This document shows, in pieces, positions 27,601 to 37,649 of a DNA stretch of 64,000 nt. Below the pieces are notes generated by a model. The model was not told the DNA's origin, did no database searches, and saw only the letters and a program-made list of their open reading frames with translations. The stretch spans positions 7,966-71,965 of the forward strand of contig JBBQYX010000004.1 in the NCBI GenBank assembly GCA_038208295.1, in the 5' to 3' direction. Source of the DNA: Candidatus Nanopelagicales bacterium. GTDB lineage: Bacteria; Actinomycetota; Actinomycetes; S36-B12; JBBQYX01. Within the stretch, counting starts at the first letter, position 1, and each line of letters starts with the position of its first letter. The translations under genes and the position numbers were made by a program.

Positions 27601-28876
27601 CGGCCTAGCGGCGTCGCGGCCGGTGTCGGTCTCCGTACGGGACCGGGCCGGGACGCTGCGGGCGGGCCGGTTCGACCAGCGCGGCTATCTGCGGTTCGAC
27701 CCGCTGCGTACCGACCGGCTCACTGTCCGATTCACCACGGTGCAGCCGGTGATCTCGGTGGATCCCAGCGTCGGCGGTGGTGAACTGAGCCCGGTCGGGG
27801 TGTCGGACCTGCGCATCATCGGGGCCGGGGACAGTCAGCCGGACAACGCCGGCTCGGTGGAGCTGCCCTGCGGCAGCGGCCCCGTCATTCGGGCTGGTGG
27901 GCAAACCGTCCAGACCCGGGTCACTGCCCGGCGCGCCGAGCTCATCCGCGGGGAGCCGGTCACTGCGCAACCCTGCGGTCTCCTGACCGCGGCCGCCGGA
28001 CCCCAACGCCTGACCGTCGATGGCGCCGGTCGCTGGGACGTGCGCTGGGCGACCGTGACCGATCCCGGCACCCTCGCCCGGCCCACCTGGTCGGCCCCCG
28101 CCCTGCCCGGTGTCGAACGCCCGACCTGGGACGCCACCCACCGCGAGGTCACGGTCCCGCCGCGCGCGGTCGATGCGCTGCTCGTCGTCCGGGAGAACAT
28201 CAACCCCGGTTGGCAGGCTCGGTTGGGCGCCACGCTGCTGAGTCCGGTGCGGGTCGAGGGCTGGGCCCAGGGCTGGTTGGTCCCCGCCGGGGCCGCTGGC
28301 ACGGTGCGTCTGGACTACACCCCGGACGGTGCCTATCGCTGGGGGCTGCTCGTCGGGCTGCTCGCCGCCCTCGCGCTGGTCGGGCTGGCGTGGGCGCGGC
28401 CGGTGAGCCGCCGGCGGCTCGGTCCGATCCTGGCGCCTGCGCGGGCCGCCAGCGCTGGCCCCGACGCGCGTGCCACCGCAGTCAATGCCCACGGCTCCCG
28501 GCCCGGCAATCCGTGGCTCGCCCAGGTGCTGATCGTGGCAACCCTGCTGCTGCTCGGTGGCTGGGTGGGGGGCCTGCTCGGACTGGTGGCCCTGGCGGCT
28601 GTGCGCTACGTGCCCTGGCGGGGCTGGCCGGTGGTCGTGGCCCCAACCGCCTACCTGGGTGCGGTGGTGTTGCTGGCCGCCGCGCCGTGGGGATCGGGGG
28701 ATGGGTATGCGGGCGGGCGCGCGCTCCCGCAGATCCTGAGCCTCATCGCGGTCGCAGCGGTCCTCGTGGTCGGGTTGCGGCCGGGCCGCTCACGCCCCTC
28801 GGGCAGCGCGAGCGGCACCACCAGCGCAACAACTACCGGCGCTGAAACCCTTAGCGCTCCAACGGCTTCTCGGTGA
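24671..28876 (+). CDS. AftD-like GT-C glycosyltransferase (alpha-(1->3)-arabinofuranosyltransferase family / DUF3367), 1401 aa
   Basis: The N-terminus [58 protein letters not shown] is the family signature. There are about 10 TM helices at the N-terminus, a large soluble middle with discoidin-like segments ([14 protein letters not shown]), and C-terminal TM helices. Confidence 0.85.
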   Translation: [1401 protein letters not shown]

Positions 28877-29921
28877 GCCCGGGCGGGTTGTCCGGCTTCT
28901 CCTCGTGACCACCGAACTCCTTGCGCATCGCCGAGAGGACCTTGTCGCCGAACAGGGACTCGCCGCGGGAGGAGAATCTGGCGTATAGCGCGGCCGTGAG
29001 CACCGGGGTCGGAACGCCTTCGTCGATCGCGGCAATGGAGGTCCAGCGGCCCTCGCCGGAGTCGGAGACCCGGCCGCCGAAGCTGCCCAGATCGGGCGAG
29101 GCGTGCAGGGCCGCGGCGGTCAGGTCCAGCAGCCAGGAGCCCACCACCGAGCCGCGCCGCCATACCTCGGCCACGGCCGGAATGTCGAGCTCGTAGGAGT
29201 AGAACTCCGGGTGGTCCAGCGGCGCCGTCTCGGCGTCCTTGGCGCGCGGCCGCAGCCCCTCGTCGGCGTTCTTCAGCACGTTCAGGCCCTCGGCGTACGC
29301 CGCCATCAGGCCGTACTCAATGCCGTTGTGCACCATCTTGACGAAGTGCCCGGCGCCGTTCGGGCCGCAGTGCAGCCAGCCGCGTTCCTCCGGCGCGTAG
29401 TCCCCGCTGCGTCCGGGGGTCCGGGCGACATCCCCGGGACCGGGCGCGATCGTGTCCCAGATCGGGGTGAGGCGGTCGACGGCGTCGTGTTGACCACCGA
29501 TCATCAGGCAGTAGCCCCGCTCCAGGCCAAAGACGCCGCCGGAGGTGCCGCAGTCGACGTAGTGCATGCCGCGGTCCTGCAGCACCGCCGAACGGCGCAG
29601 GTCGTCGCGGTAATAGGAGTTGCCGCCGTCGATCAGCACATCGTCGGCCTCGAGCAGCCCGCTCAGGGCGTCCACGACGTGTTCGGTGATGACACCGGCC
29701 GGAACCATGATCCATACGTTGCGCGGGGTGTCGAGTTTGGCCACGAAGTCCGCGTACGAACTGGCGCCGATCGCACCCTCCGCCGCCAGCGTGGCGACCG
29801 CCTGCTGATCGATGTCGAAGACGACGCACTCGTGCCCGTCACGCATCAGCCGGCGGACCAGGTTGGCGCCCATCCGGCCGAGTCCGACCATGCCCAGCTG
29901 CATTGGTGTTGCGGTGGCCAC
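28851..29921 (-). CDS. gnd: 6-phosphogluconate dehydrogenase, decarboxylating (short Gnd/YqeC-type)
   Basis: It has a Rossmann motif [16 protein letters not shown] plus [14 protein letters not shown] and SDSGEGRW. The start may be the Met at 29903. The 3' end overlaps the AftD-like 3' end by 26 nt. Confidence 0.9.
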
Positions 29922-30015
29922 TCGGGTCTCCTCTCACCCGGCTGGGCTCTCGGCCGCCGGCGTCGGTACGGTCGCCGCGCACGCTAGTGCACGTCTATTG
30001 ACCCCTGGAGTCCTC

Positions 30016-31650
30016 ATGTCGCAACCGATCGCTCTGTCCGACTCCCCGGCCTGGCAGGCGCTGCTCGCGCACCGGGACGCCAGCGCGGCCCAGAGTTTGC
30101 GTGAGCTGTTCGCCGCCGACCCCGGGCGGGCCCAGCGGCTGGTGGCCGAGGGTGCCGGTATCCGGCTGGACTACGCCAAGCAGCAGGTGACCGACCAGAC
30201 ACTGCGACTTCTGCAGGCCCTGGCCACCGAGCGCGGGGTGCGGGAGCGGGTCGAGGCGATGTTCGCGGGGGAGCACATCAACACCACCGAGGACCGCGCG
30301 GTCCTGCACACGGCGTTGCGGCTGCCGCGCGAGGCCAGCCTGACGGTGGACGGTGTCGACGTCGTGGCGCAGGTGCATGAGGTGCTGGACCGGATGGGCT
30401 CGTTCGCCGACCGGGTGCGCTCGGGGGAGTGGACCGGATCGACCGGGCAGCGCATCAGCGCGGTGGTCAACATCGGCATCGGTGGCTCCGATCTCGGCCC
30501 GGTCATGGCCTACCAGGCGCTGCGGCACTACAGCCGCCGTGACATCACCTTCCGGTTCGTGTCCAACATCGACGGCACCGATTTCGCCGAGGCCACCCAC
30601 GATCTCGACCCGGCCGGCACGCTGTTCATCGTGGCGTCCAAGACGTTCACCACGCTGGAGACGATGACCAACGCTCGCACCGCGCGGGACTGGCTGACCG
30701 GCCGCCTCGGCGCAGACACCAACGTGGCCCGGCACTTCGTGGCGCTGTCCACGAACGCCTCCGCGGTGGCCGAGTTCGGGATCGATCCGGCGAACATGTT
30801 CGGCTTCTGGGACTGGGTGGGCGGGCGCTATTCGATGGAGTCCGCGATCGGGCTCTCGACCATGATCGCAATCGGTCCGGACTCGTACGCCGAACTGCTC
30901 GCTGGTTTCCACGACATGGACGTCCACCTGCGGGAGGCTCCGTACGAAGAAAACCTGCCGGTGCTGATGGCGCTGCTCGCGGTGTGGAACCGAAACTTCC
31001 TCGGCTGCCCGACCACCGCGGTACTGCCGTACGACCAATACCTGACCCGGTTCCCGGCGTACCTGCAGCAACTGACCATGGAGAGCAACGGAAAGTCGGT
31101 GACGCTGGCCGGCGAGCCGGTCGGGGTCGAGACTGGCGGAATCTATTGGGGGGAGCCGGGCACCAACGGCCAGCACTCCTTCTATCAACTACTGCATCAG
31201 GGGACCTCGGTGGTCCCGGCCGACCTGCTGGTGTTCGCCCGGACCCTCAATCCGCTGGGTCAGCATCACGACCTGTTGGTGGCCAACGCTTTCGCGCAGG
31301 CCGCGGTGTTGGCGTTCGGGAGGACGGCGCAGGAGGTACGTGCCGACGGCGCCCCCGAGCATCTCGTCGCGCACAAAGTGATGCCCGGCAACCGGCCATC
31401 GAGTTTCCTGCTGTTGGACAGCTTGACGCCGCGCGCATTGGGCAGCCTGGTCGCGCTGTACGAGCACAGCGTCCTGGTGCAGGGGGCGATCTGGGGCATC
31501 GACTCCTTCGACCAGTGGGGCGTCGAGCTGGGCAAGGCCATGGCCATGCAGGTCGCCCCACAGTTGCAGGAGGGGGCCGCTGCCCCGGCAACCCAGGACT
31601 CCTCGACCACCGCCCTGGTGGCCGCCTACCTGGCCGCCCGGGACGCCTGA
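30016..31650 (+). CDS. pgi: Glucose-6-phosphate isomerase
   Basis: I set the start at the internal ATG ([16 protein letters not shown]). It contains [34 protein letters not shown] and [15 protein letters not shown]. Confidence 0.95.
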   Translation: MSQPIALSDSPAWQALLAHRDASAAQSLRELFAADPGRAQRLVAEGAGIRLDYAKQQVTDQTLRLLQALATERGVRERVEAMFAGEHINTTEDRAVLHTALRLPREASLTVDGVDVVAQVHEVLDRMGSFADRVRSGEWTGSTGQRISAVVNIGIGGSDLGPVMAYQALRHYSRRDITFRFVSNIDGTDFAEATHDLDPAGTLFIVASKTFTTLETMTNARTARDWLTGRLGADTNVARHFVALSTNASAVAEFGIDPANMFGFWDWVGGRYSMESAIGLSTMIAIGPDSYAELLAGFHDMDVHLREAPYEENLPVLMALLAVWNRNFLGCPTTAVLPYDQYLTRFPAYLQQLTMESNGKSVTLAGEPVGVETGGIYWGEPGTNGQHSFYQLLHQGTSVVPADLLVFARTLNPLGQHHDLLVANAFAQAAVLAFGRTAQEVRADGAPEHLVAHKVMPGNRPSSFLLLDSLTPRALGSLVALYEHSVLVQGAIWGIDSFDQWGVELGKAMAMQVAPQLQEGAAAPATQDSSTTALVAAYLAARDA

Positions 31651-31687
31651 CTCCCCGCCAGGCGTCCGGCGCATCCGTGGTGGCTGG

Positions 31688-32077
31688 TCAGGTCGGCGGC
31701 GGGTGAATCACGTCGACAGCTGGGGGTTGCTGCGCCGTGCCGCTGGCCAACAGCTGGTATCCGTGGGACAGGAAGCGCTTGTACTCCGGGCTCAGCGCAG
31801 AGTCGGCGGCGATCGCGGCCAGCACGTCCCCCGTCCCTTCGACCCCATCGACCTCATCCGTTCGCAGATGCCCGGCGGCGACCACCAGGGTCAGGACGGG
31901 GGTATGCAGAATGGGAGCCAGCCGGCGCAGGTGCGGGATGCTCGGAACGGCCCCGGCGGTGAGCCACCGGGAGATCACCGACCCGTGGACCCCGCTGTCC
32001 CGAGCCAGATCGCTGACAGTGGCGTATCCCGCTGCGGCCATCCGCGCCGTCAGGAACACGCCCCAGGTTTGGTCCAT
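31688..32077 (-). CDS. XRE-like helix-turn-helix domain protein
   Basis: I set the start at the internal ATG 32077. VSDLARDSGVHGSVISRWLTAGAVPSIPHLRRLAPIL is an HTH_3/31-like motif. The upstream part of the track ORF looks non-coding. Confidence 0.55.
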   Translation of the reverse strand: MDQTWGVFLTARMAAAGYATVSDLARDSGVHGSVISRWLTAGAVPSIPHLRRLAPILHTPVLTLVVAAGHLRTDEVDGVEGTGDVLAAIAADSALSPEYKRFLSHGYQLLASGTAQQPPAVDVIHPPPT

Positions 32078-32353
32078 GTCGCCGCCGTGCTGCTGCCTGA
32101 CCCCGTCCGCCGACACTCGCGCTCTCCGTCCGCCCCCGCAGTCACGTATGCGGCCCCCGACGGGACCGAGCCTGGCGCGGTCCAGGTCGGCGTATCCGGC
32201 CCGATCCGGACCGGCCTGAACAACCCGCGCACTATATCGACGTACTTGTGGGCGCGCACATGACGGCTCCGGGTTGCGGGCGCCGGTGCTTGCATCCGAT
32301 ATGCCCGCACCCTCGCTATGCCGCCCCTGCCGCGCGGCAGCCATCTCGATCGC

Positions 32354-33217
32354 TCAGAGGTCTCCGGGGCGGTTGTCGCCGGACCGGCGGCGCAGATAGC
32401 GCTCGAACTCGCGAGCGATCGCCTCGCCGCTGGCTTGCGGCAGCCCGTCGGAGTCGCTCTGCTCCTCCAGCTGGCGTACGTAGTCCGCGATCTCGTCGTC
32501 GTCCTCGGCCACCTCGTTGACCCCGGCCTCCCAGGCGGCGGCCTCATCTGTCAGCTCCCCGACCGACACCGGGACGTCCAGGACGTCCTCCACCTTGCGC
32601 AGCAACGCCAAGGTGGCCTTCGGGCACGGGGGCTGGGAGACGTAGTGCGGCACCGCGGCCCACAGCGACACGGCCGGCATCCCGGCCCGTGCGCAGGCGT
32701 CCAGCAACACCCCGACGATGCCGGTGGGACCTTCGTACCGGGACTGCTCCAGACCGAGGTCGAGGGCGCCGCCCTCGTCGGAGGCGGTCACGCTGATGGG
32801 CACCGGCCGCGTGTGCGGGGAGTCCGAGAGCAGGGCCCCCAGGGTCACCACCCGGGCAACGCCGAGCTCATGGGCCAGCCCGACGATCTCCCGAACGAAC
32901 GCGCGCCACCGCATGTTCGGTTCGATGCCCTGGATGATCACGACGTCGCGGACCGGCAGGGGCAGCCGGGCCACGAACACCCGGGTCGTGGGCCAGGTCA
33001 GGTGCCGCACACCGTCGTGCTCCAGGGTGATGTAGGGCCGGTTGACCTGGTAGTCGTAGTAGTCCTCGGGGTCGATCTCGGCGATCTGCCGGACGTCCCA
33101 TAGGTCGCGCAGATGTTCGACCGCGTCACTGGCCGCATCTCCCGCGTCGTTCCAGCCCTCGAAGGCGCAGATCAGAACCGGATCGACGAGCTCGGGCAAC
33201 GGCTCCCACTCGATCAC
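32354..33217 (-). CDS. PAC2-family (proteasome assembly chaperone 2-like) protein
   Basis: It contains LICAFEGWNDAGDAAS...IQGIEPNMRWRAF...VTLGALLSDSPHTRP. I chose the GTG at 33217, which has a GAGGAGG RBS 6 nt upstream. The gene is divergent from metH. Confidence 0.85.
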   Translation of the reverse strand: MIEWEPLPELVDPVLICAFEGWNDAGDAASDAVEHLRDLWDVRQIAEIDPEDYYDYQVNRPYITLEHDGVRHLTWPTTRVFVARLPLPVRDVVIIQGIEPNMRWRAFVREIVGLAHELGVARVVTLGALLSDSPHTRPVPISVTASDEGGALDLGLEQSRYEGPTGIVGVLLDACARAGMPAVSLWAAVPHYVSQPPCPKATLALLRKVEDVLDVPVSVGELTDEAAAWEAGVNEVAEDDDEIADYVRQLEEQSDSDGLPQASGEAIAREFERYLRRRSGDNRPGDL

Positions 33218-33315
33218 CCATGACCTCCTCGAGCGGTCCTCCTCGGGATGCCGACGCCAGCTCAGGTCGGTCGCGGCAGAGCCTACGTTGGTTGCCTCGT
33301 TAGGCTGCGGACACC

Positions 33316-36300
33316 ATGGCTGATTCGACTGCACTGCCCACGAGCACGCCTCCCAGCGGGTCGTCCAGACGGCCCTCGATGCTGGCCGCCATGTCCGAGC
33401 GGGTGCTGGTCGCCGACGGAGCGATGGGCACCATGCTGCAGGCCTCGGACCTGACCCTGGACGACTTCCAGGGCCACGAGGGCTGCAACGAGATCCTCAA
33501 CGTCACCCGACCTGAGGTCGTCGCGGCCGTCCACGACGCCTACTTCGCGGTCGGGGTCGACGCCGTCGAGACGAACACCTTCGGGGCGAATCTGGCCAAC
33601 CTCGCTGAGTACGGCATCGCTGCGCGCATCAGGGAGCTAGCCGAGGCGGGCGCGCGGATCGCCCGCGGCGTGGCCGATGACTGGTCGACGCCGGACCGGC
33701 CGCGCTGGGTCCTCGGCTCGGTCGGCCCGGGAACGAAACTGCCCACGCTGGGGCACCTGCCGTACGCCACCCTGCGCGACGCCTATCAGGAACAGGCCGC
33801 CGGGATGCTGGCCGGGGGCGTCGACGCCGTCCTGGTCGAGACCGTGCAGGACCTGCTGCAGGCCAAGGCCGCCCTGATCGGCGCGCGGCGGGCGATGGCC
33901 GTGGCGGGGATCCGCGTACCCCTGCTGGTGCAGGTCACCGTGGAGACGACGGGCACCATGCTGCTCGGCTCGGAGATCGGCGCTGCCCTGACCGCGCTGG
34001 AACCCCTGCGCATCGACGTCATCGGGCTGAACTGCGCCACTGGGCCCGCCGAGATGAGCGAGCACCTGCGCCACCTGGCCAAGCACGCCCGGGTCAACCT
34101 GTCCGCGATGCCCAACGCCGGGCTGCCGATCCTGACCAGCGAGGGTGCGCACTACCCCCTGACGCCGGCCGAACTCGCCGACGCGCACGCCACCTTCACC
34201 CGGGACTACGGCCTGGGCCTGGTCGGCGGCTGCTGCGGGACCACCCCCGAGCACCTGGCCGCCGTCGTGGAGCGGGTCGGCGGGCAGGCCGTGACTCCCC
34301 GCAGTCCGCGCCCGGAGTCGGCTGCCGCGTCGCTGTACGCCGCCGTCCCGTTTCGGCAGGACACCGCGTACCTGTCCATCGGGGAGCGGACGAATGCCAA
34401 CGGCTCCAAGGCGTTTCGCGAGGCGATGCTGGAGCAGCGCTGGGATGAGTGTGTGGAGATCGCCCGCGCGCAGATTCGCGACGGCGCCCACCTCCTGGAC
34501 GTCTGCGTGGACTACGTCGGCCGCGACGGGGCCGCGGACATGCGCGAGATCGCCGGCCGGTTCGCGACCGCGTCCACCCTTCCGCTGGTGCTGGACTCCA
34601 CCGAGCCCGACGTGCTGCGGGCCGGGCTGGAGATGCTGGGTGGGCGAGCGGTGGTCAACTCGGTCAACTACGAGGACGGCGACGGGCCCGACTCCCGGCT
34701 GGTTCGGACGATGGAACTGGTCCGCGAGCACGGCGCGGCGGTCATCGCGCTGACCATCGACGAGCAGGGCCAGGCGCGTACCGCCGAAACCAAGGTCACC
34801 ATCGCCGACCGGCTCATCCGCGACCTCACCGGCAACTGGGGGATGGACGTCGGCTCGATCATCGTCGACTGCCTGACCTTCCCGATCGCGACCGGCCAGG
34901 AGGAGACCCGGCGCGACGGGGTGGAGACCATCGAGGCGATCCGGCGGGTGAAGACACTGCACCCGGACGTCCAAACCACGCTGGGGCTGTCGAACGTGTC
35001 CTTCGGGCTCAACCCGGCGGCCCGGCAGGTGTTGAATTCGGTGTTCTTGCACGAGTGCCTGCAGGCCGGGCTGGACTCCGCGATCGTGCACGCAGCCAAG
35101 ATCCTGCCGATGGCGCGGATCCCGGACGAGCAGCGGCAGGTTGCCTACGACCTGGTCCACGACCGGCGGCAGTTCGGTGCGGACGGCACGTGTACGTATG
35201 ACCCGCTGGCGGCATTCCTGGACCTGTTCGCCGGGGTGCGTGCGGTCGATTCGGCCGATGCCCGGGCCGCCGAACTGGCCGCGCTGCCGCTGGGGGAACG
35301 GCTGGCCCGGCGGATCGTGGACGGGGAACGGCAGGGGCTGCACGAGGACCTGGCCGAGGCATTGGCGACCCGACCGGCGCTGGAGATCGTCAATGAATAC
35401 CTGCTCGAGGGGATGCGAACCGTCGGGCAGCTGTTCGGGGCCGGGGAGATGCAACTGCCGTTCGTGCTCACCAGCGCCGAGGTGATGAAGGCCGCCGTCG
35501 CCTACCTCGAACCGCACATGGAACGCAGCGACGAGGCCGGCAAGGGCACCATCGTGCTGGCCACGGTCAAGGGCGACGTGCACGACATCGGCAAGAACCT
35601 GGTGGACATCATCTTGACCAACAACGGCTACACGGTGGTCAACCTGGGCATCAAGCAGCCGGTCAGCGCCATCCTCGATGCGGCCATCGAGCACGATGCC
35701 GACCTGATCGGCATGTCCGGGCTGCTGGTCAAGTCAACCGTGGTGATGAGGGAGAACCTCGAGGAGTTCAACACCCGTGGGGTCGCCCAGCGCTGGCCGG
35801 TGCTGCTGGGCGGTGCGGCGCTGACCCGGTCCTACGTGGAGCAGGATCTCGCCGAGATCTACGCCGGGGAGGTCCGCTACGCCCGGGACGCCTTCGAGGG
35901 GCTGCGCCTGATGGACGCGGTGATGGCGGTCAAGCGCGGGGTGCCCGGGGCCGCGCTGCCCGAGCGGCGCGAACGCCGGGTGCGGGCGGTGGCTCGCCCG
36001 GTCGACACCACGGCTGCTTTGGGCCGGTCCGATGTGGCAGCCGATGTGCCGGTGCCCACCCCGCCGTTTTGGGGTTCCCGGGTGGTGAAGGGAGTGTCAC
36101 TGGCCGACTACGTGCCCTACCTGGACGAGCGGGCGACGTTCCTGGGCCAGTGGGGGCTGAAGGCTGCGCGCGGCGGGGGGCCGTCGTACGAAGAACTCGT
36201 CGAGACGGAGGGCCGGCCACGGCTGCGCGCCTGGCTCGACCGCATCAAGACCGACTCGCTGCTGGAACCGGCTGTGGCGTACGGCTATTTCCCGTGCGTG

Positions 36301-36846
36301 GCCGAGGGCAATGACCTGGTGATCCTTTCCGCTGACGGTACGGAGCGTGGCCGATTCTCGTTCCCGCGGCAGCGCCGCGATCGGCGACTGTGCCTGGCCG
36401 ACTTCTTCCGGCCGCGCGAGTCCGGCGAGACCGATGTGCTCGCCCTGCAGGTCGTCACGATGGGCTCGGCCGTGTCCCGCGCGACCGCGGAGTTGTTCGC
36501 CGCGGATGCGTACCGGGACTATCTGGAGCTGCACGGGTTATCCGTACAACTCACTGAAGCACTGGCCGAGTATTGGCACGCTCGGGTGCGCAGCGAATTG
36601 GGCATCGCGGCGGCTGACACCGACGATATGGACACCCTGATCGGCAAACAGGGCTATCAGGGATCGCGGTACTCCTTCGGCTACCCCGCCTGTCCCGACG
36701 TCGAGCAGCAGGCCCTGCTCGCCGAGCTGCTGGACATCTCCGGTATCGGCGTCGAGTTGTCCGAGGAGTTCCAGCTGCACCCGGAGCAGTCCACCAGTGC
36801 GCTGGTCGTCCACCATCGCGAAGCCAAGTACTTCAACGCCACGTGA
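33316..36846 (+). CDS. metH: Cobalamin-dependent methionine synthase
   Basis: 1176 aa with a homocysteine S-methyltransferase domain (DGAMGTML, ETNTFGAN), a pterin-binding domain, a B12-binding DVHDIGKN ... MSGLL motif and a C-terminal AdoMet activation domain. Confidence 0.97.
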   Translation: MADSTALPTSTPPSGSSRRPSMLAAMSERVLVADGAMGTMLQASDLTLDDFQGHEGCNEILNVTRPEVVAAVHDAYFAVGVDAVETNTFGANLANLAEYGIAARIRELAEAGARIARGVADDWSTPDRPRWVLGSVGPGTKLPTLGHLPYATLRDAYQEQAAGMLAGGVDAVLVETVQDLLQAKAALIGARRAMAVAGIRVPLLVQVTVETTGTMLLGSEIGAALTALEPLRIDVIGLNCATGPAEMSEHLRHLAKHARVNLSAMPNAGLPILTSEGAHYPLTPAELADAHATFTRDYGLGLVGGCCGTTPEHLAAVVERVGGQAVTPRSPRPESAAASLYAAVPFRQDTAYLSIGERTNANGSKAFREAMLEQRWDECVEIARAQIRDGAHLLDVCVDYVGRDGAADMREIAGRFATASTLPLVLDSTEPDVLRAGLEMLGGRAVVNSVNYEDGDGPDSRLVRTMELVREHGAAVIALTIDEQGQARTAETKVTIADRLIRDLTGNWGMDVGSIIVDCLTFPIATGQEETRRDGVETIEAIRRVKTLHPDVQTTLGLSNVSFGLNPAARQVLNSVFLHECLQAGLDSAIVHAAKILPMARIPDEQRQVAYDLVHDRRQFGADGTCTYDPLAAFLDLFAGVRAVDSADARAAELAALPLGERLARRIVDGERQGLHEDLAEALATRPALEIVNEYLLEGMRTVGQLFGAGEMQLPFVLTSAEVMKAAVAYLEPHMERSDEAGKGTIVLATVKGDVHDIGKNLVDIILTNNGYTVVNLGIKQPVSAILDAAIEHDADLIGMSGLLVKSTVVMRENLEEFNTRGVAQRWPVLLGGAALTRSYVEQDLAEIYAGEVRYARDAFEGLRLMDAVMAVKRGVPGAALPERRERRVRAVARPVDTTAALGRSDVAADVPVPTPPFWGSRVVKGVSLADYVPYLDERATFLGQWGLKAARGGGPSYEELVETEGRPRLRAWLDRIKTDSLLEPAVAYGYFPCVAEGNDLVILSADGTERGRFSFPRQRRDRRLCLADFFRPRESGETDVLALQVVTMGSAVSRATAELFAADAYRDYLELHGLSVQLTEALAEYWHARVRSELGIAAADTDDMDTLIGKQGYQGSRYSFGYPACPDVEQQALLAELLDISGIGVELSEEFQLHPEQSTSALVVHHREAKYFNAT

Positions 36847-36923
36847 TTCCGCTGTCGTGACCTGGGTCACCGTCGGGCGGAAGCGGTCACCGAGGTCGGC
36901 GACGGCAGCCGGGAGCGGGCAGG

Positions 36924-37637
36924 ATGGCGGCCGTGCACCCTCATGGTTTGGACGCGGTCCTGTTCGACATGGACGGACTGCTGTTGGACACCGAGCCGAT
37001 GTGGCTGATCGCCGAGCGGATGACGATGGCGCAGTTGGGCGCCGACTGGACCGACGTCGACCAGGCCCAGTGCCTGGGCGGGCCGCTGGACCGGGTCGTG
37101 CACTACATGATCGAGAAGTCGGGTACGCAGCGGTCGCTGGACGACGTGCGGACCCACCTGCTGACCGAGGTGGAACGCCAGTTCCGCGATGACCCGGTGC
37201 ACTGGCAGCCGGGGGCGAAGGATCTGCTCGCCGAGTTGTACCGGGCGGGGGTCCCCTGCGCGCTGGTGTCGGCGTCGTACCGACGGCTGGTCGATACGGC
37301 GCTGGACCGGGTGGTGCACGAGGTGGCCAGCGACGTCTTCGCGGTCACCGTGGCCGGGGACGAGGTCGCTCGGACCAAGCCGCACCCGGACCCGTACCTG
37401 AGTGCGGCCGAGCGTCTGGGCGCTCGGATCGAGCGATGCGTGGTCCTGGAGGACTCACCGACCGGGGTGGCCGCCGGCCAGGCGGCGGGCGCTTTGGTGG
37501 TTGCGGTGCCGCACATGGTGCATATCGAGGCAACGCCGCGGACCCGGGTTGTTCAGTCGCTGGCCGCTGTCGATCTGGAGGTTCTGCGCGGCTGGCTGAG
37601 TGCCGCGACGAGCGACGCTGACGTTGTCGCCCGGTAG
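36924..37637 (+). CDS. HAD-superfamily hydrolase (beta-phosphoglucomutase/phosphatase-like, subfamily IA)
   Basis: It has motif I VLFDMDGLLLDTE, motif II LVSAS and motif IV VLEDSPTGVAAG. Confidence 0.85.
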   Translation: MAAVHPHGLDAVLFDMDGLLLDTEPMWLIAERMTMAQLGADWTDVDQAQCLGGPLDRVVHYMIEKSGTQRSLDDVRTHLLTEVERQFRDDPVHWQPGAKDLLAELYRAGVPCALVSASYRRLVDTALDRVVHEVASDVFAVTVAGDEVARTKPHPDPYLSAAERLGARIERCVVLEDSPTGVAAGQAAGALVVAVPHMVHIEATPRTRVVQSLAAVDLEVLRGWLSAATSDADVVAR

Positions 37638-37649
37638 TAACTCCCATGC

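Noticed and set aside
33637-35694. 685-aa minus-strand ORF
   Set aside because: It is antisense to metH, whose frame carries unambiguous domain motifs.
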